Origin: Spirulina sp.
Lineage (GTDB): Bacteria; Cyanobacteriota; Cyanobacteriia; Phormidesmidales; Phormidesmidaceae
Reading direction: 5' to 3'
NCBI GenBank assembly: GCA_044070495.1
Contig: JBIPSI010000019.1
Location: forward strand, 44,646-108,645
DNA: 64,000 bases
Positions 41,239 to 52,832 of the stretch are shown piece by piece. Made by a program: the position numbers and the translations under genes. Numbering within the stretch: position 1 is the stretch's first letter; the number at the start of each line of letters is the position of its first letter. Below the pieces are notes generated by a model. It was not told where the DNA came from and did not search any database. It saw only the letters and a list, made by a program, of their open reading frames with translations.

Positions 41239-43356
41239 ATGGCACAATCCTCCGATGCCAATGCTTCCGACCTTTCCGCCATGGCTGGCCCCCGCGAGGT
41301 CCTAATTGGCGACATTATTCAGCGAGGGGGCGAAGAACTGCGGGTGGAAAAGGTTGCTACCCGATTGACCACGCGGCTGCATCAGCCGGGGGCGTTGGGG
41401 GCGGTGCAGGCGGCCCTGAGTCCGGTGGGGGTGCGGGCAGTGGCGGCGGGGCAACTGGTGGAATGGCAGGTGAATGCCGCCGAATTAGAGGACACCCTCG
41501 ATCAAGCCCGTCAGCATCCCGATGTCGCCTTTGCCAGCCATGTCTATCGCTTGGTAGATAGCCCCCAAACCTGGGTCTATCTCACGGATGAGCTGACGGT
41601 GCAGGTGGATAGTTCGGTGGATCAGGCCACCCTGGAGAGCTGGCTAGGGCCGCTGGGCCTGGTGATTGAGCGTCCCCTTACCGGGATTCCTCACGCCTTT
41701 GTGGTGCGGGTAACGGCAACGGCCAGGGAGAACCCGATTAAGCTAGCCAACCGACTGCTGCGCCAGCCCGGAGTGATGATCGCGGAGCCGAATTTGGTGA
41801 TCGCCGTTGAGGGGCAGTATCGCCCGACGGATGATCGCTATCCCCAGCAGTGGCATCTATTTCACCAGGGTGGGCACCAACTGGCGGCGGGGTCGCACAT
41901 TAATGTGGAGGCGGCTTGGAACATCACGCGGGGCAGTCGCTCGGTGGTGGTGGCGGTGGCCGATGATGGCTTTGATCTGGAACACACCGACTTGCAAGGT
42001 ATGGGCAAGCTGGTGAACCCCGTTGACCTGAAGGATCGCGATGCCGTGCCCCTACCGATGCAAAGCCATGAGAACCACGGCACCTCGGTGGCGGGGGTGG
42101 CCATTGGCGAGGAAAACGGTAGCGGCATTGTGGGGGTGGCTCCGGGCTGTGCCTTTTTGCCCATTCGCACCACCGGGTTTATTGACGATGCCTCCATGGA
42201 GCAACTGTTTGGCGAAGCGGCGAACCGAGGGGCGGCGGTGATTGCCTGTAGCTGGTCGCCCGCCTCCAACTATTTCCCCCTCACCCTGCGCCAAACCAAC
42301 GCCATCACCCAGGCCGCCACCACCGGACGCAACGGCAAGGGCTGCGTGATTATCTTCTCGGCGGGCAATGCCAACCGCCCGGTCAGCGGCACCATCAACG
42401 AAGCCCAGTGGCCCCGCAATGCCCTCAGCGGCCCCACCAAGTGGCTGAATGGCTTTACCGTCCACCCCGATGTGATTACGGTTTCGGCATCCACTAGCCT
42501 CAATACCAAAGCCGCCTATAGTAATTGGGGGCCACACATTGCCGTTTGCGCCCCAAGCAACAATGCTCCTCCCAGCATGGCCCTGCCCCAGGTGGGTACG
42601 GTAGCCACGGGGCCAGAACTGCGCCAATACCTACCAGGACGGGGGGTGGTCACCAGCGACCGTACAGGCGGGGCGGGCTACGATACCACCGGGGCCTATA
42701 CCCAAAGCTTTGGCGGCACCTCCAGCGCTTGCCCTGTGGTGGCGGGAGTGGTGGGGCTAATGCTGTCGGTGAACCCCACCCTAACCGCCCAGGAGGTGAG
42801 GGAAATTCTGCAAACTACCGCCGATAAAATCATCGATCCCAACCCCGACCCTCAACTGGGCCTGAAGTATGGCACCTACGATGGGCGCGGCCATTCCCAG
42901 TGGTTTGGCTATGGCAAGGTGAACGCCCTGGCGGCGGTACAGTTGGCCCAATCCCGCGCCTGGAGTCAGCGGCGGGTGCGGCAAATTCTCTCCCAGCAAA
43001 ACCGGACGGCTCTGGTGATTCCCGACAACCAGCCCACGGGGGTAGACAGCGCCATCGTGATTTCCCAAAACGGCACCGTCACCGACCTCCAGGTTCAAGT
43101 CAGCCTTCAGCACGAATTTCTAGGCGACATCAGCCTGACGCTGATGGCCCCCAGCGGTCAGACCGTGCTGATCCAGGGGCGCACCCTGGGCCGTCAAACC
43201 AGCCTGCGCCAAACCTACAACCTACAGACCGCCCCCGCCCTGATGGCCATGCTGGGCCAATCGGCCCTAGGAGCCTGGAAACTTCGCATCGTTGACCATG
43301 CCCCTGCGGCCATGGGAAGGCTGCTGGAATGGCGGCTTTCCCTGGGGCTGGGCTAG
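41239..43356 (+). CDS. S8 (subtilisin-like) serine protease with a C-terminal proprotein-convertase P domain
   Basis: Triad VADDG / NHGTSVAG / GGTSSACP; FSAGN oxyanion motif; P domain (LQHEFLGDISLTLMAPSG, GAWKLRIVD). Confidence 0.92.
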   Translation: MAQSSDANASDLSAMAGPREVLIGDIIQRGGEELRVEKVATRLTTRLHQPGALGAVQAALSPVGVRAVAAGQLVEWQVNAAELEDTLDQARQHPDVAFASHVYRLVDSPQTWVYLTDELTVQVDSSVDQATLESWLGPLGLVIERPLTGIPHAFVVRVTATARENPIKLANRLLRQPGVMIAEPNLVIAVEGQYRPTDDRYPQQWHLFHQGGHQLAAGSHINVEAAWNITRGSRSVVVAVADDGFDLEHTDLQGMGKLVNPVDLKDRDAVPLPMQSHENHGTSVAGVAIGEENGSGIVGVAPGCAFLPIRTTGFIDDASMEQLFGEAANRGAAVIACSWSPASNYFPLTLRQTNAITQAATTGRNGKGCVIIFSAGNANRPVSGTINEAQWPRNALSGPTKWLNGFTVHPDVITVSASTSLNTKAAYSNWGPHIAVCAPSNNAPPSMALPQVGTVATGPELRQYLPGRGVVTSDRTGGAGYDTTGAYTQSFGGTSSACPVVAGVVGLMLSVNPTLTAQEVREILQTTADKIIDPNPDPQLGLKYGTYDGRGHSQWFGYGKVNALAAVQLAQSRAWSQRRVRQILSQQNRTALVIPDNQPTGVDSAIVISQNGTVTDLQVQVSLQHEFLGDISLTLMAPSGQTVLIQGRTLGRQTSLRQTYNLQTAPALMAMLGQSALGAWKLRIVDHAPAAMGRLLEWRLSLGLG

Positions 43357-43362
43357 GGTGAA

Positions 43363-43386
43363 TGCCCAATCCTGACGGATTGGGCA
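43363..43386. terminator. Hairpin between the convergent S8 and hemA genes
   Basis: TGCCCAATCC-TGAC-GGATTGGGCA. Confidence 0.6.
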
Positions 43387-43396
43387 GGCGGGGAGG

Positions 43397-44689
43397 CTAG
43401 CTGTACTTCTGATTCGAGACCGGCTCTAGGTCAAACAGCACATGGAGGGTCTGCATGGCGCGTTTGCGGGCTTCGATGTCTCGCTGGGCGCGTAGTTGCA
43501 CCATGGGGTCATGGAGGATTTTGTTGACGATGCCCCGGGTGAGGGCTTCGATCACTTCCTGGTGCTTGTCGGCAAACTCGCTGCCCAGACGGGAGAGGGC
43601 TTTTTCCAGTTCCTGCTCGCGGATGGACTCGACCTTGTTGCGCAGGCTGCTGATGGTGCTGACGGTGTCGAGGGAACGCCACCAGTCCATGAAGCCTTCC
43701 ACTTCTTCGTCGAGGAGCACCTGGGCTTCCATGGCCATGCGGCGACGGCTGGCCTGGTTTTGGGCCACCACGGCCTTCAGGTCATCCACATTAAAGGCGT
43801 GAACGTTGGGCAGTTCGTTGACGTTGCCGTGGACGTTCAGGGGCACGGAAATATCAAACACCATCAGGGGGCGGCTGCCATCGAGGATCGGCTCTAGGTT
43901 TTCCCGGTGCAGAATCGGCTCGGTGGCGGAGGTGCAGGTAAACACCACGTCCGAGGTCTGCACAGTCTCTAGCATGGCGTCGAGGGTGCCCGTGCAGATG
44001 TTGGCATCCGGGAACTGCTTGGCCAGTTCGTTGGCGCGGTTGATGGTGCGGTTGAGGATGGTAATGGTGCAGGATTCCTTGGCGCTCAAATGCTGCACCA
44101 GCAGACGGGCCATTTTGCCGGCACCGAGGATGCTGATCTTACAGCTATCCAGGTTGGGAACTTTGAGTTTGGCCAGTTCCACCGCCGCTGAACTAATGGA
44201 AACGGCCCCGGTGCCAATGCTGGTTTCGCTGCGTACCCGCTTTCCGGCGGTGAGGGACTGCTTCAGCAGCCGATCGAGCACCCGCCCTAGGCTCTTGTGC
44301 TGCTGGGCCAGTTGGTGGGCGTGCTTCACCTGGGCCAAAATTTGCCCTTCACCGAGGACGAGGCTATCTAGCCCCGCCGCCACCCGCATCAGGTGGTTGA
44401 CGGCATCCTGGTGCAGCAGGATGAACAAATGCTGGCGCAGTTCGGGCAGAGGTAGACCGCTGTGCTCAGAGAGAAACTGGGTCACTTCCCGAATGCCCTG
44501 CTCGGTCTCTTCGGTAACGATGTGAATTTCGAGGCGGTTGCAGGTGCTGAGGATAGAGACTTCGTCGATGTGGGGACAGTGGGTGAGATGGGCAATCGCG
44601 TCTCCTGTCTGAGCCGTGGGAATGCTGAGTTTTTCGCGAATTTGAACGGGGGCAGTTTTATGGCTCAGGCCAATTACGGCGATATTCAT
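43397..44689 (-). CDS. hemA: Glutamyl-tRNA reductase
   Basis: [38 protein letters not shown]. Confidence 0.97.
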   Translation of the reverse strand: MNIAVIGLSHKTAPVQIREKLSIPTAQTGDAIAHLTHCPHIDEVSILSTCNRLEIHIVTEETEQGIREVTQFLSEHSGLPLPELRQHLFILLHQDAVNHLMRVAAGLDSLVLGEGQILAQVKHAHQLAQQHKSLGRVLDRLLKQSLTAGKRVRSETSIGTGAVSISSAAVELAKLKVPNLDSCKISILGAGKMARLLVQHLSAKESCTITILNRTINRANELAKQFPDANICTGTLDAMLETVQTSDVVFTCTSATEPILHRENLEPILDGSRPLMVFDISVPLNVHGNVNELPNVHAFNVDDLKAVVAQNQASRRRMAMEAQVLLDEEVEGFMDWWRSLDTVSTISSLRNKVESIREQELEKALSRLGSEFADKHQEVIEALTRGIVNKILHDPMVQLRAQRDIEARKRAMQTLHVLFDLEPVSNQKYS

Positions 44690-45056
44690 TCTTCCTCCAC
44701 GCGTTAGTTATTCACCTAATTTATGGTGGCCGCTGATCGTGCCCTGAGCTGAGACCCCGCTGCCGCCACCATCAGGACAGTTTGGGCAGGGGGTGGCCCC
44801 AGGGGATCGGGCGCACAAAAGCCAATATGTTTGAACTTAGAGATAAATCGACGCCGACTCAAGGAAACTCAACAAAAGTCCATCAAAAAATGTAAACGGC
44901 CCAAAAAAAGAGATGCGGGGGGCCACATCTCTAGGAAGAAAAGCATGAAGTCGTCACCAACTTCACGCCGTTCTGGATATTGATTCTGCTCTTAGCAGGG
45001 ATTATCTCTAGCCCCTAGTTGACGGACAAAACGGGCCAAAACCCCTATTTGTCAGT

Positions 45057-45127
45057 GGGTCAGGAAACCTGACCCCTACATTCTCCCGACGTTTTCCTGA
45101 CACAGTGTGGGCGCGGTTGTCTCGCCC
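45057..45127. repeat. REP-like palindromes downstream of glpX
   Basis: GGGTCAGGAAACCTGACCCCTAC (ends in CCTAC like the other REPs) and a degenerate GGGCGCGGTTGTCTCGCCC. Confidence 0.55.
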
Positions 45128-45170
45128 GATGCAGGATTGTGGGCCAGTCAACCAGCGATAGACCGATAAC

Positions 45171-46208
45171 CTAGCGGATTTGCAGGGTCTTGGGAGCCTC
45201 AAACATGTGGATGGTGTCCACAAAGCGGGCGGTCTTGGATTGGCTGGAGATGATCAGGGACTGAGTCCGGGCACCGCCGTGGAAGAAGCGGACGCCGTTC
45301 ATCAGTTCGCCGGAGGTGATGCCGGTGGCGGCAAACAGCACGGTTTCGCCGGAGGCCAGTTCTTCGGCATCGTAGACTTTGTCGATGTCGGTGATGCCCA
45401 TTTCGTTGAGACGGGCGATGTTGGCTTCCTTGCTTTCGCCGATCAGTCCGGTCTTCACGACTTCGGGATCGTAGATCAGCTGGCCTTGGAAGTGGCCACC
45501 TAGGCAGCGCATGGCGGCGGCGCTAATCACCCCTTCGGGGGCAGCACCGATGCCCATCAGGGCATGGGTGTTGGTACCGGAGAAGGCGCAGGAGATCGCG
45601 GCCCCCACGTCACCATCGGCGATTAGCTTAACGCGAGCACCCGCATCGCGGATTTCTTTGATCAGGTCGTTGTGGCGATCCCGTTTCATCACCACCACCA
45701 CCAGTTCATCGATGGCCCGATCTAGGCACTCGGCCAGGATTTTCAGGTTCTCGGTGGCAGACTTGTTGATGTCCACATGGCCCTTGGCTTGGGGGGGAGC
45801 GGCCAGCTTCTTCATGTAGAAGTCGGGGGCGGCGAACAGACCACCTTTTTCAGAAATAGCCAGCACCGCCATGGAGCCATTCTGACCGTAGGCCACCAGG
45901 TTGGTGCCTTCACAGGGGTCAACGGCAATGTCGATTTCGACCAGTTCGTCGGGGTTGCAGTAGGCTTTGGCATCGGGCTGGGTGCAAATCCCCACTTCTT
46001 CACCGATGTAGAGCATGGGGGCATCGTCCCGTTCACCCTCACCAATCACAATGCGACCGCGCATGTGAATCTTGTTCATGCGCTCCCGCATGGCTTCCAC
46101 GGCCACTTGGTCAGCGATATTCTTTTCGCCCTTACCCATCCAACGGGCCGAGGCGACCGCCGCCTGTTCGACCACCTCAATAATCTCAAGACCGAGGGTA
46201 CTTTCCAC
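45171..46208 (-). CDS. glpX: Class II fructose-1,6/sedoheptulose-1,7-bisphosphatase
   Basis: [51 protein letters not shown]. Confidence 0.97.
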   Translation of the reverse strand: MESTLGLEIIEVVEQAAVASARWMGKGEKNIADQVAVEAMRERMNKIHMRGRIVIGEGERDDAPMLYIGEEVGICTQPDAKAYCNPDELVEIDIAVDPCEGTNLVAYGQNGSMAVLAISEKGGLFAAPDFYMKKLAAPPQAKGHVDINKSATENLKILAECLDRAIDELVVVVMKRDRHNDLIKEIRDAGARVKLIADGDVGAAISCAFSGTNTHALMGIGAAPEGVISAAAMRCLGGHFQGQLIYDPEVVKTGLIGESKEANIARLNEMGITDIDKVYDAEELASGETVLFAATGITSGELMNGVRFFHGGARTQSLIISSQSKTARFVDTIHMFEAPKTLQIR

Positions 46209-46306
46209 GGGATTAATCCTCCAAGTGCCTATATCTAGTAGGTTTTCGCGTTCCCTATCTCAGTTTCTCAGTCTATCAGACGGTGGGATCAAGGCATAGA
46301 TAATGA

Positions 46307-46987
46307 CTAGATTGGCCCCATGGTTAACACCACCATTCCAACGGCAACCGTCCACCCGATTAGGGTCAAAATGGCCGTCAGCAGAAAGGGCAACCGAGAC
46401 CGGGCCGATTGGGCCGCTTCCAGCACCGACCAGGAGGGCAGCCAGGGCCAGTAGTCAATGGTGATCTCCTCGCCCTGGGGGATGCGGTCGAAGTAGCTTT
46501 TTTTCACCCCGGCTCGTCCGTCGTAGGGTTCTGGCCGCTGGGGCAGGGTGTAGCGATACCGGAGAAAATAGTCGGTGTGGGTAATGCCCGTGTCGGAATC
46601 GTAGCGGAGGGCGGTGGGCTTGTCCGTCACCGTGGCTGTGGCCCGCTGTCCCCATTGGCTAATGGCGGCCTCTTGCAGAAAGGGGATCAGCAGAAAGCCA
46701 TAGATGACGTAGATAAGGCCAATGAGAACCAGGATCAGCGAATTTAGCCGAGAAAAGAGGCTTTTTTGGCGGACGAACCACCACTCCAGGCCAAAACAGG
46801 CTATCCACAGCCCAACCCCCAGGGCCGACAGCCCCAACAGCAGCCCTAGGGACGAGGGGGCCGTGGTTGGGGTCGAATCTCCCACGATAGCCAGCGCCAT
46901 GCGCCGCGCCAAAAGGCCGATCCCCACCGTGAACCCCAGGGCCAGTACCCCGTTCAGGGCGATCCAACGGTTGGCATAATCATCCAT
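46307..46987 (-). CDS. Membrane protein (DUF3592-like)
   Basis: Several TM segments flanking ATATVT...YFLRYRY...ITIDY. Confidence 0.6.
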   Translation of the reverse strand: MDDYANRWIALNGVLALGFTVGIGLLARRMALAIVGDSTPTTAPSSLGLLLGLSALGVGLWIACFGLEWWFVRQKSLFSRLNSLILVLIGLIYVIYGFLLIPFLQEAAISQWGQRATATVTDKPTALRYDSDTGITHTDYFLRYRYTLPQRPEPYDGRAGVKKSYFDRIPQGEEITIDYWPWLPSWSVLEAAQSARSRLPFLLTAILTLIGWTVAVGMVVLTMGPI

Positions 46988-47075
46988 GGGCCTAGGACTG
47001 TGAGAAGTGTTGCGAGATAGTTAGGACTTCGAGATCGTCAGGATTCTGCCCTATCCTACCGAAGGAAGAAGGGGT

Positions 47076-49037
47076 ATGGCGTTAGGGGAGGCCAAGGGCG
47101 TGAGGGGAACCAGTCGATCACTATTCAAGCTGGGGCACGGGCTGATGGTGAGCTGTGCCGTGTTTGGGGCCATTGCCCTGGCCTCCCAGCATCCCTGGAT
47201 TGTGCGTACCGAGGGCTATGCCCAGTCCTTGCTGTGGCGGCTGCGGGGGCCGATTGATCCCCCCGATGATGTGGTGATTTTGGCCATTGATGAATATTCC
47301 CTCAGCCAGGGGGGGACCTACTCGGATAGCCCAGATCGCTATCCCTACCTAGCCCCCCTAGAATCTTGGCCCTGGCAGCGTCAGGTGTATGCGACCGCCA
47401 TTGATCGGCTGATGGAAGCTGGGGCTAGGGCAGTGGCGGTGGATGTGCTCCTGCTGGATCCGAGCCTCTATGGCCCAGCGGATGATGCCGCCCTGGAGGC
47501 CAGTTTGACTCGGTGGGGGGATCGGGTGGTGCTGGCGGCCCTCTACGATTCATCGACCACCGACTGGGGCGGGGTGGCCTCTTTGCTGGTACCCAGCCTC
47601 GGTGGGGCGGCACACCAGGGGTTGATCAACGTCGCTCCCGACAGCGATGGCCAGCTTCGACTTGCGCCGGAAGTGGTGCTGTCCGAATTGCGGCAAGTTC
47701 ACGGTTTTGTCGATACCCTACCCGCCTTTGCCACGGCAACCCTCCAGGCCGCTGGCGATCCCGATCCCCACTGGCCCAGCCAGCGGCTATTTTTCTATGG
47801 GCCGAGGGGCACCATTCCCACCCTGCCCTTTGCCCACGTGATCGAGCCTGAAAATTGGAATCGCTATCGCCACCAGTTTGCCGACAAGATTGTGATCATT
47901 GGCCCCACCGCCCCTTCCCTCCAGGATCTCCATCGCATAGCCTTTGATAACGCCATCCCAGGGCCGGAGGTTCACGCCCAAACTGTGGCGGCTATGCTAG
48001 AAGGCCGTACTCTCAACCCGCTGCTGGCTAATTCCCTCGTCCAGGGACTCGTAACGGCCCTACTGATCGGCGGCCTTGGCCTGGGGCTGGGGTATCGGTT
48101 CAACCAGCCTTTGCCCCGGCTCCTGGGGTTTGGCACGGCCATTACCCTCTGGGGGGCCACCGCCTACCTGCTGATGATGGGGCCACCGGGACGCCTGATT
48201 CCCCTGGCAATTCCGGTGACCTGCCTGGGCATGGGAGGCTTGGCCTACATTGCCACGGGGGCGATTGGGGATCGCCTAGAGGAACAACGCCTGCGCCGCA
48301 CCCTAGAGCGCTATGTATCCCCAGCGGTGGCCAACGAAATTCTGGGCCAACCGGAGGATTTCACCAGCCTGGGGGTGGGCCAACAAATGCAGGCGGCGGT
48401 GCTGTTTTCGGATATTCGGGGCTTTAGCCGTCTGTCTTACCAGCTCGGAGCCGAACAAACCGTTCGGATGCTCAATACCTACCTCACCGATATGGTGGCC
48501 GCCATTCTGGCCGAACGGGGCACCATCGATAAGTTTATTGGCGATGCAGTGATGGCGGAGTTTGGCGCACCCATCTCCCTGGGGGCCAAGCAGGATGCCC
48601 TGGGTGCCGTCCGGGCCGCCCTGGGAATGCGAGCCGCCTTGGCCACCCTGCGCCAACGGTTGCAGGCGGAGGGGTTGCCGCCTCTGTTTAATGGCATCGG
48701 CGTTAGCTATGGCGACCTGGTGGTGGGCAATGTGGGGTCGCCGCAACGGCTGGAATATACGGCCATTGGCGACACCGTGAATGTGGCCAGCCGCATAGAA
48801 GGGCTGACCAAACTGGTGGGCACCGACCTGCTGATTACCCAACCCCTCTACGACCTGGTGCAAGACGACATCATCGCCGTAGACCACGGGCCGCACTTCG
48901 TCGCCGGACGGGAAAAGGAAGCGGTTCAGGTCTATGGCGTAATTAGTCTGCGCGGCGAATCCGACGCCCTCTATCAACAGGTGCAAAGGGATCTCCAAGC
49001 CCATCTGGCCGCCACTCCCAAAGGCCCACCGAAGTAA
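47076..49037 (+). CDS. CHASE2-domain adenylate/guanylate cyclase
   Basis: [58 protein letters not shown]. Confidence 0.93.
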   Translation: MALGEAKGVRGTSRSLFKLGHGLMVSCAVFGAIALASQHPWIVRTEGYAQSLLWRLRGPIDPPDDVVILAIDEYSLSQGGTYSDSPDRYPYLAPLESWPWQRQVYATAIDRLMEAGARAVAVDVLLLDPSLYGPADDAALEASLTRWGDRVVLAALYDSSTTDWGGVASLLVPSLGGAAHQGLINVAPDSDGQLRLAPEVVLSELRQVHGFVDTLPAFATATLQAAGDPDPHWPSQRLFFYGPRGTIPTLPFAHVIEPENWNRYRHQFADKIVIIGPTAPSLQDLHRIAFDNAIPGPEVHAQTVAAMLEGRTLNPLLANSLVQGLVTALLIGGLGLGLGYRFNQPLPRLLGFGTAITLWGATAYLLMMGPPGRLIPLAIPVTCLGMGGLAYIATGAIGDRLEEQRLRRTLERYVSPAVANEILGQPEDFTSLGVGQQMQAAVLFSDIRGFSRLSYQLGAEQTVRMLNTYLTDMVAAILAERGTIDKFIGDAVMAEFGAPISLGAKQDALGAVRAALGMRAALATLRQRLQAEGLPPLFNGIGVSYGDLVVGNVGSPQRLEYTAIGDTVNVASRIEGLTKLVGTDLLITQPLYDLVQDDIIAVDHGPHFVAGREKEAVQVYGVISLRGESDALYQQVQRDLQAHLAATPKGPPK

Positions 49038-49193
49038 AGCGGGGCTAGCCGATCTGAGGATAGGGAAGGCTAGGGTCGCCGATTGGCTCTGGTGAAGGGC
49101 TACCCCCATGGCTTTACCTAAACAGCAGGGGAGCGGCAGGGGCCAGATTTCGCTCGGTACAATGGAAGGGTTAGGGCAGAGGAACTTCTGGTT

Positions 49194-49757
49194 ATGGTGA
49201 CCACCAAACTCTCGCTGGCGGATTATCTGAGCCTAGACCATGGCCCAGAGGGTCGCTGTGAATTTGTGGATGGAGACATTCTTGAAATGCCGCCGGAAAG
49301 TGAAGACAAGGTCATCGTGGGCAGTTATTTGGCCACGCAGTTATTGAGTGTGCTTTCCTTTGACCAAGTGCGCCAGGGCACAACGGAATTAGTCATTTCT
49401 GGGCGGGTACGCATTCCTGATGTCATGGTGTTGGGGGAAGACTTAGTCGCGGCCCTGGCAGGTCGCCGGAGAAGCACCATTACGGAGGAAATGCCGCCGC
49501 CGTTGCTGGTGGTGGAGGTGGTGTCGCCAGGGAAAATTAATGAAGACCGAGACTATCGCTACAAGCGCTCGGAGTATGCGGCACGGGGGATTCCTGAATA
49601 TTGGATTGTTGACCCGGAACGGGAAAAGGTAACGGTGCTGACCCTGGTGGATGGCTGGTATGAGCCGGAGGAATTGGGGCCAGAGGGGGTGTTGGAATCG
49701 CCCCAGGTGCCGGGGTTTTCGGTGTCGGTGGCGAGGCTGTTATCGCCGAGGGGTTAG
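49194..49757 (+). CDS. Uma2 family putative endonuclease
   Basis: [42 protein letters not shown]. Confidence 0.9.
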   Translation: MVTTKLSLADYLSLDHGPEGRCEFVDGDILEMPPESEDKVIVGSYLATQLLSVLSFDQVRQGTTELVISGRVRIPDVMVLGEDLVAALAGRRRSTITEEMPPPLLVVEVVSPGKINEDRDYRYKRSEYAARGIPEYWIVDPEREKVTVLTLVDGWYEPEELGPEGVLESPQVPGFSVSVARLLSPRG

Positions 49758-49803
49758 GTCATAAAATTTGGGAAGATGTACCTTTCGCATGGAGCGCTGA
49801 ATC

Positions 49804-50139
49804 ATGGCCAAATCGTCGCCGTCTTTGGTGGGCACCTGGCACATCTATGAGATGGATCTTTGGGATGAGGACTATTTCAATATGGAGGTACAGGCTTACA
49901 TTACGGTGAACCCCCAGGCCACGGGGGAGTTTCAGTTTGGCTTGGTGTCTGGGGGTTTGGATGGAGAGTTTGGCCGCCAGGAGGGCCAAGAACGGCTAGA
50001 TTTTACCTGGGACGGAAATGACGAGTGTGATGAAGCCTCTGGGAGCGGCTGGCTGGTGCTGAAGTCGGCGGATGAGGCGGAGGGGAGTATTAAGCTCCAT
50101 GGGGGAGATCGGTCTGGGTTTTTGGCACGGAGGGCGTGA
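49804..50139 (+). CDS. Conserved hypothetical protein (acidic, beta-rich)
   Basis: 111-aa ORF, GTWHIYEMDLWD...GEFQFG...FTWDGNDE; GTGA overlap with the next ORF. Confidence 0.7.
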   Translation: MAKSSPSLVGTWHIYEMDLWDEDYFNMEVQAYITVNPQATGEFQFGLVSGGLDGEFGRQEGQERLDFTWDGNDECDEASGSGWLVLKSADEAEGSIKLHGGDRSGFLARRA

Positions 50140-50372
50140 GGATGCGGAGGGCGTTTGAGATTGTGACGCGGGATGAGGCGGCGGCGGAACAGTTTATGGC
50201 GGCGGTGCAGGCGGAGGATGTGAGCATTGAGGACTGGAGCGGGGTTTGGCCAGGGCCGGAGTATGAGAGCTATGTGTGTAGCTTTGGCCTGACGCCCCAC
50301 AGCAAGCGCCAGCTAGACCGTACGGCGGATGCCATGGGGGTTTCGTTGATTTATGTAAAGATTGAGCCTTAG
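50136..50372 (+). CDS. Hypothetical protein
   Basis: 78-aa ORF coupled to the previous one. Confidence 0.55.
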   Translation: MRMRRAFEIVTRDEAAAEQFMAAVQAEDVSIEDWSGVWPGPEYESYVCSFGLTPHSKRQLDRTADAMGVSLIYVKIEP

Positions 50373-50520
50373 GCGAGTTGGCTGGGTAACCTAGGCATAG
50401 CACTTTACGGAACCGGGATAACGGTCTGTAAAGAAGGTTGGTTTGGTCGTTAAGGTCTCTGCCAAGGTTTTGGAACTTGGCTACACTGCAAAAAACAACG
50501 GCTAGGACAAGGGAGCCTGC

Positions 50521-52647
50521 GTGAGCCTGAAGGATCTTCGCATTCAGGACGAGTATCGCAGTAGCGAGTGCAATATCGTCAAGGATTTTTACATTCCGTG
50601 CCTGGAGCAGGCCACGGGCTATAGTCGGGCGGTGGGCTATTTTTCTAGCTCATCGATGGCCTGTGTAGCCCAGGGTCTAACGGCGTTTATTCGCTCTGGG
50701 GGACGGATGCGTTTGATCACTTCTCCCCAGCTATCTGAGGAAGATGTGCAGGCGATTGAGCAGGGGCTACAGCAGCGGGAACAGGTGGTTGAGGCGGCGT
50801 TGCGGCGAGAACTGGAGGCTGAGCTACCCCAGGTGATCCAAGACCGTTTGGCGGCGTTGGCCTGGTTGCTGGGCCAAGGGCTTTTGGAGATTAAGCTGGC
50901 GGTGCCTAGGACGTTGCGACGGCGGGGGATTTATCACGAAAAGCTGGGGGTGTTTACGGACGCAGACGGTCATGTGGTGGCGTTTACCGGGTCGGCCAAT
51001 GAAAGCGCCAGTGCGTTGATTGATAATTTTGAATGCCTGGATGTCTTTAGTTCTTGGGATGAGGGGGTGCGGCGGCGGGCGTTGCAGAAGGCCCAAAATT
51101 TTGAGGCGTTGTGGAATGACCAGACCAAGAATGTAGAGGTGATGGCGTTTCCTGATGCGGTGGCGAGGTCGTTACTTCAGTTTTGCCCAACCCAAGCCCC
51201 AACCCAAGAACCTAGGGTTTCTGCGCTAGACGAACACTATGACCTGGAAAACTCGCCACCGGAGTCTCCGCCCCCTGGAATTCCGGCAAGCCCATTTTGG
51301 CTGACACTTCGACCCTACCAGCAGCAGGCCATTGATAACTGGTTTGCTAACAAGGGACGCGGCACCCTGAAGATGGCCACGGGCAGCGGCAAAACCATTA
51401 CAGCTCTAGCAGCGGTGGCACAGCTCTACGAAAAATGCAGAGCTAACAACAAATCCTTGCAGACGTTGCTGATTGTTTGTCCCTATCGCCATCTGGTCAC
51501 GCAATGGGCAACGGAATGCCGCAAGTTTAACCTCGCCCCTATCCTCGCCTTTGACCGGGCCGCCACCTGGCAGGAAACCTTACAAAATCAGTTGGTCGCC
51601 CTATCGGGAGGACGACAACCCTTCGTCACCGTTATCACCACCAATGCCACCCTACGGCAGAATTCGCTGCAATCCCAGCTCTCGTTTTTGCCTCAGCTAG
51701 CGATGATCATTGGTGACGAGGCCCACAACCTAGGGGCCGAGAACCTAGCGGCCTGTCTTCCAGACAATATCCCCCTGCGGCTGGCCCTATCGGCGACCCC
51801 AGAGCGCCACTTTGATCAAGCGGGGACAGAGCGCATCTTCGACTACTTTGGCCCCGTGCTAGAGCCGGAATTTACCCTGCGAGACGCCCTCCAGGCTGGG
51901 GCGCTGGTGCAGTATACCTACACCCCCATGCTGATTGAACTCACCCCGGAGGAGGTGGAGCGCTACGCCGAACTGACCGCAGCCATTGGTCGGGCCATGG
52001 GTATCGGGGGCCGGGACGACAACACGGCCCTAGAACGCCTGCTGTTTGAGCGGGCGAGGCTGATTTGCACCGCCGAAAACAAGCTCACCCAGCTTAGGGC
52101 GTTGATGGAAACGCGGCTCCACAGCGACCACACGCTGTTCTACTGTGGCGATGGCTCAGTGGAAGATGACACCAGCGAGGAAAGCCGCCGCCAACTAGAG
52201 GCGGTGGCCGACTTGCTCAACTATCGCCTGGGCTATAAGGTCGAACCCTACGTGGCCGAAACCAGCCTGACTGAACGGGATGACCTGCGCTACGCCTTTG
52301 AAAAAGGGCATATTAAGGGACTAGTGGCCATTCGGTGTTTGGATGAGGGCATGGATATTCCCGCTATCCAAACCGCTGTGATTTTGGCCAGCAGCAGCAA
52401 CCCGCGCCAGTTCATCCAGCGGCGGGGGCGAATTTTGCGGCCCTCCCCCAATAAACACCAGGCCGAACTGTTTGACATGCTGGTGATACCGCCAGACCTA
52501 GGTGGGGAATATTGGCCCATAGAGCAGCGGATCTTGCGCGGCGAACTGGCCCGCTTTGTGGAATTTGCCGACCTGGCGCTGAATGCCGGGGAAGCCCGTA
52601 AAATTCTGTATCCCCTGCAAGAACGGTACGACTTGTTAGATTTGTGA
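50521..52647 (+). CDS. PLD(HKD)-like domain + SF2 DEAH helicase; 'DNA phosphorothioation system restriction enzyme' type
   Basis: IYHEKLG...FTGSANES; LRPYQ, MATGSGKT, GDEAHN, LSATP, CLDEGMDIP, QRRGRILR. Confidence 0.88.
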   Translation: MSLKDLRIQDEYRSSECNIVKDFYIPCLEQATGYSRAVGYFSSSSMACVAQGLTAFIRSGGRMRLITSPQLSEEDVQAIEQGLQQREQVVEAALRRELEAELPQVIQDRLAALAWLLGQGLLEIKLAVPRTLRRRGIYHEKLGVFTDADGHVVAFTGSANESASALIDNFECLDVFSSWDEGVRRRALQKAQNFEALWNDQTKNVEVMAFPDAVARSLLQFCPTQAPTQEPRVSALDEHYDLENSPPESPPPGIPASPFWLTLRPYQQQAIDNWFANKGRGTLKMATGSGKTITALAAVAQLYEKCRANNKSLQTLLIVCPYRHLVTQWATECRKFNLAPILAFDRAATWQETLQNQLVALSGGRQPFVTVITTNATLRQNSLQSQLSFLPQLAMIIGDEAHNLGAENLAACLPDNIPLRLALSATPERHFDQAGTERIFDYFGPVLEPEFTLRDALQAGALVQYTYTPMLIELTPEEVERYAELTAAIGRAMGIGGRDDNTALERLLFERARLICTAENKLTQLRALMETRLHSDHTLFYCGDGSVEDDTSEESRRQLEAVADLLNYRLGYKVEPYVAETSLTERDDLRYAFEKGHIKGLVAIRCLDEGMDIPAIQTAVILASSSNPRQFIQRRGRILRPSPNKHQAELFDMLVIPPDLGGEYWPIEQRILRGELARFVEFADLALNAGEARKILYPLQERYDLLDL

Positions 52648-52832
52648 TTGATCCCATGACCTCTCCCCCCAACCCCAGCCAGGAAGACATCGAAGCGCCC
52701 ATCACCACGGCTCCCCCAGAAGTTGAGCGGATCATTCGGGAGGTGATTCGGCTGGAGAAGGCCAATTTGTCGAGTGATCGCCCCCGCATTCGGGCCGATG
52801 TGCTCAAGATCATCAAGGACACGATTAAATGA
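52644..52832 (+). CDS. Small helical protein coupled between the helicase and the SMC-like ATPase
   Basis: 62 aa; GTGA overlap with the helicase stop and ATGA overlap with the ATPase start. Confidence 0.7.
   Translation: MIDPMTSPPNPSQEDIEAPITTAPPEVERIIREVIRLEKANLSSDRPRIRADVLKIIKDTIK

Noticed and set aside
44690..45170. Possible ncRNA between glpX and hemA
   Set aside because: Only short hairpins and REP-like palindromes; no recognisable RNA family.
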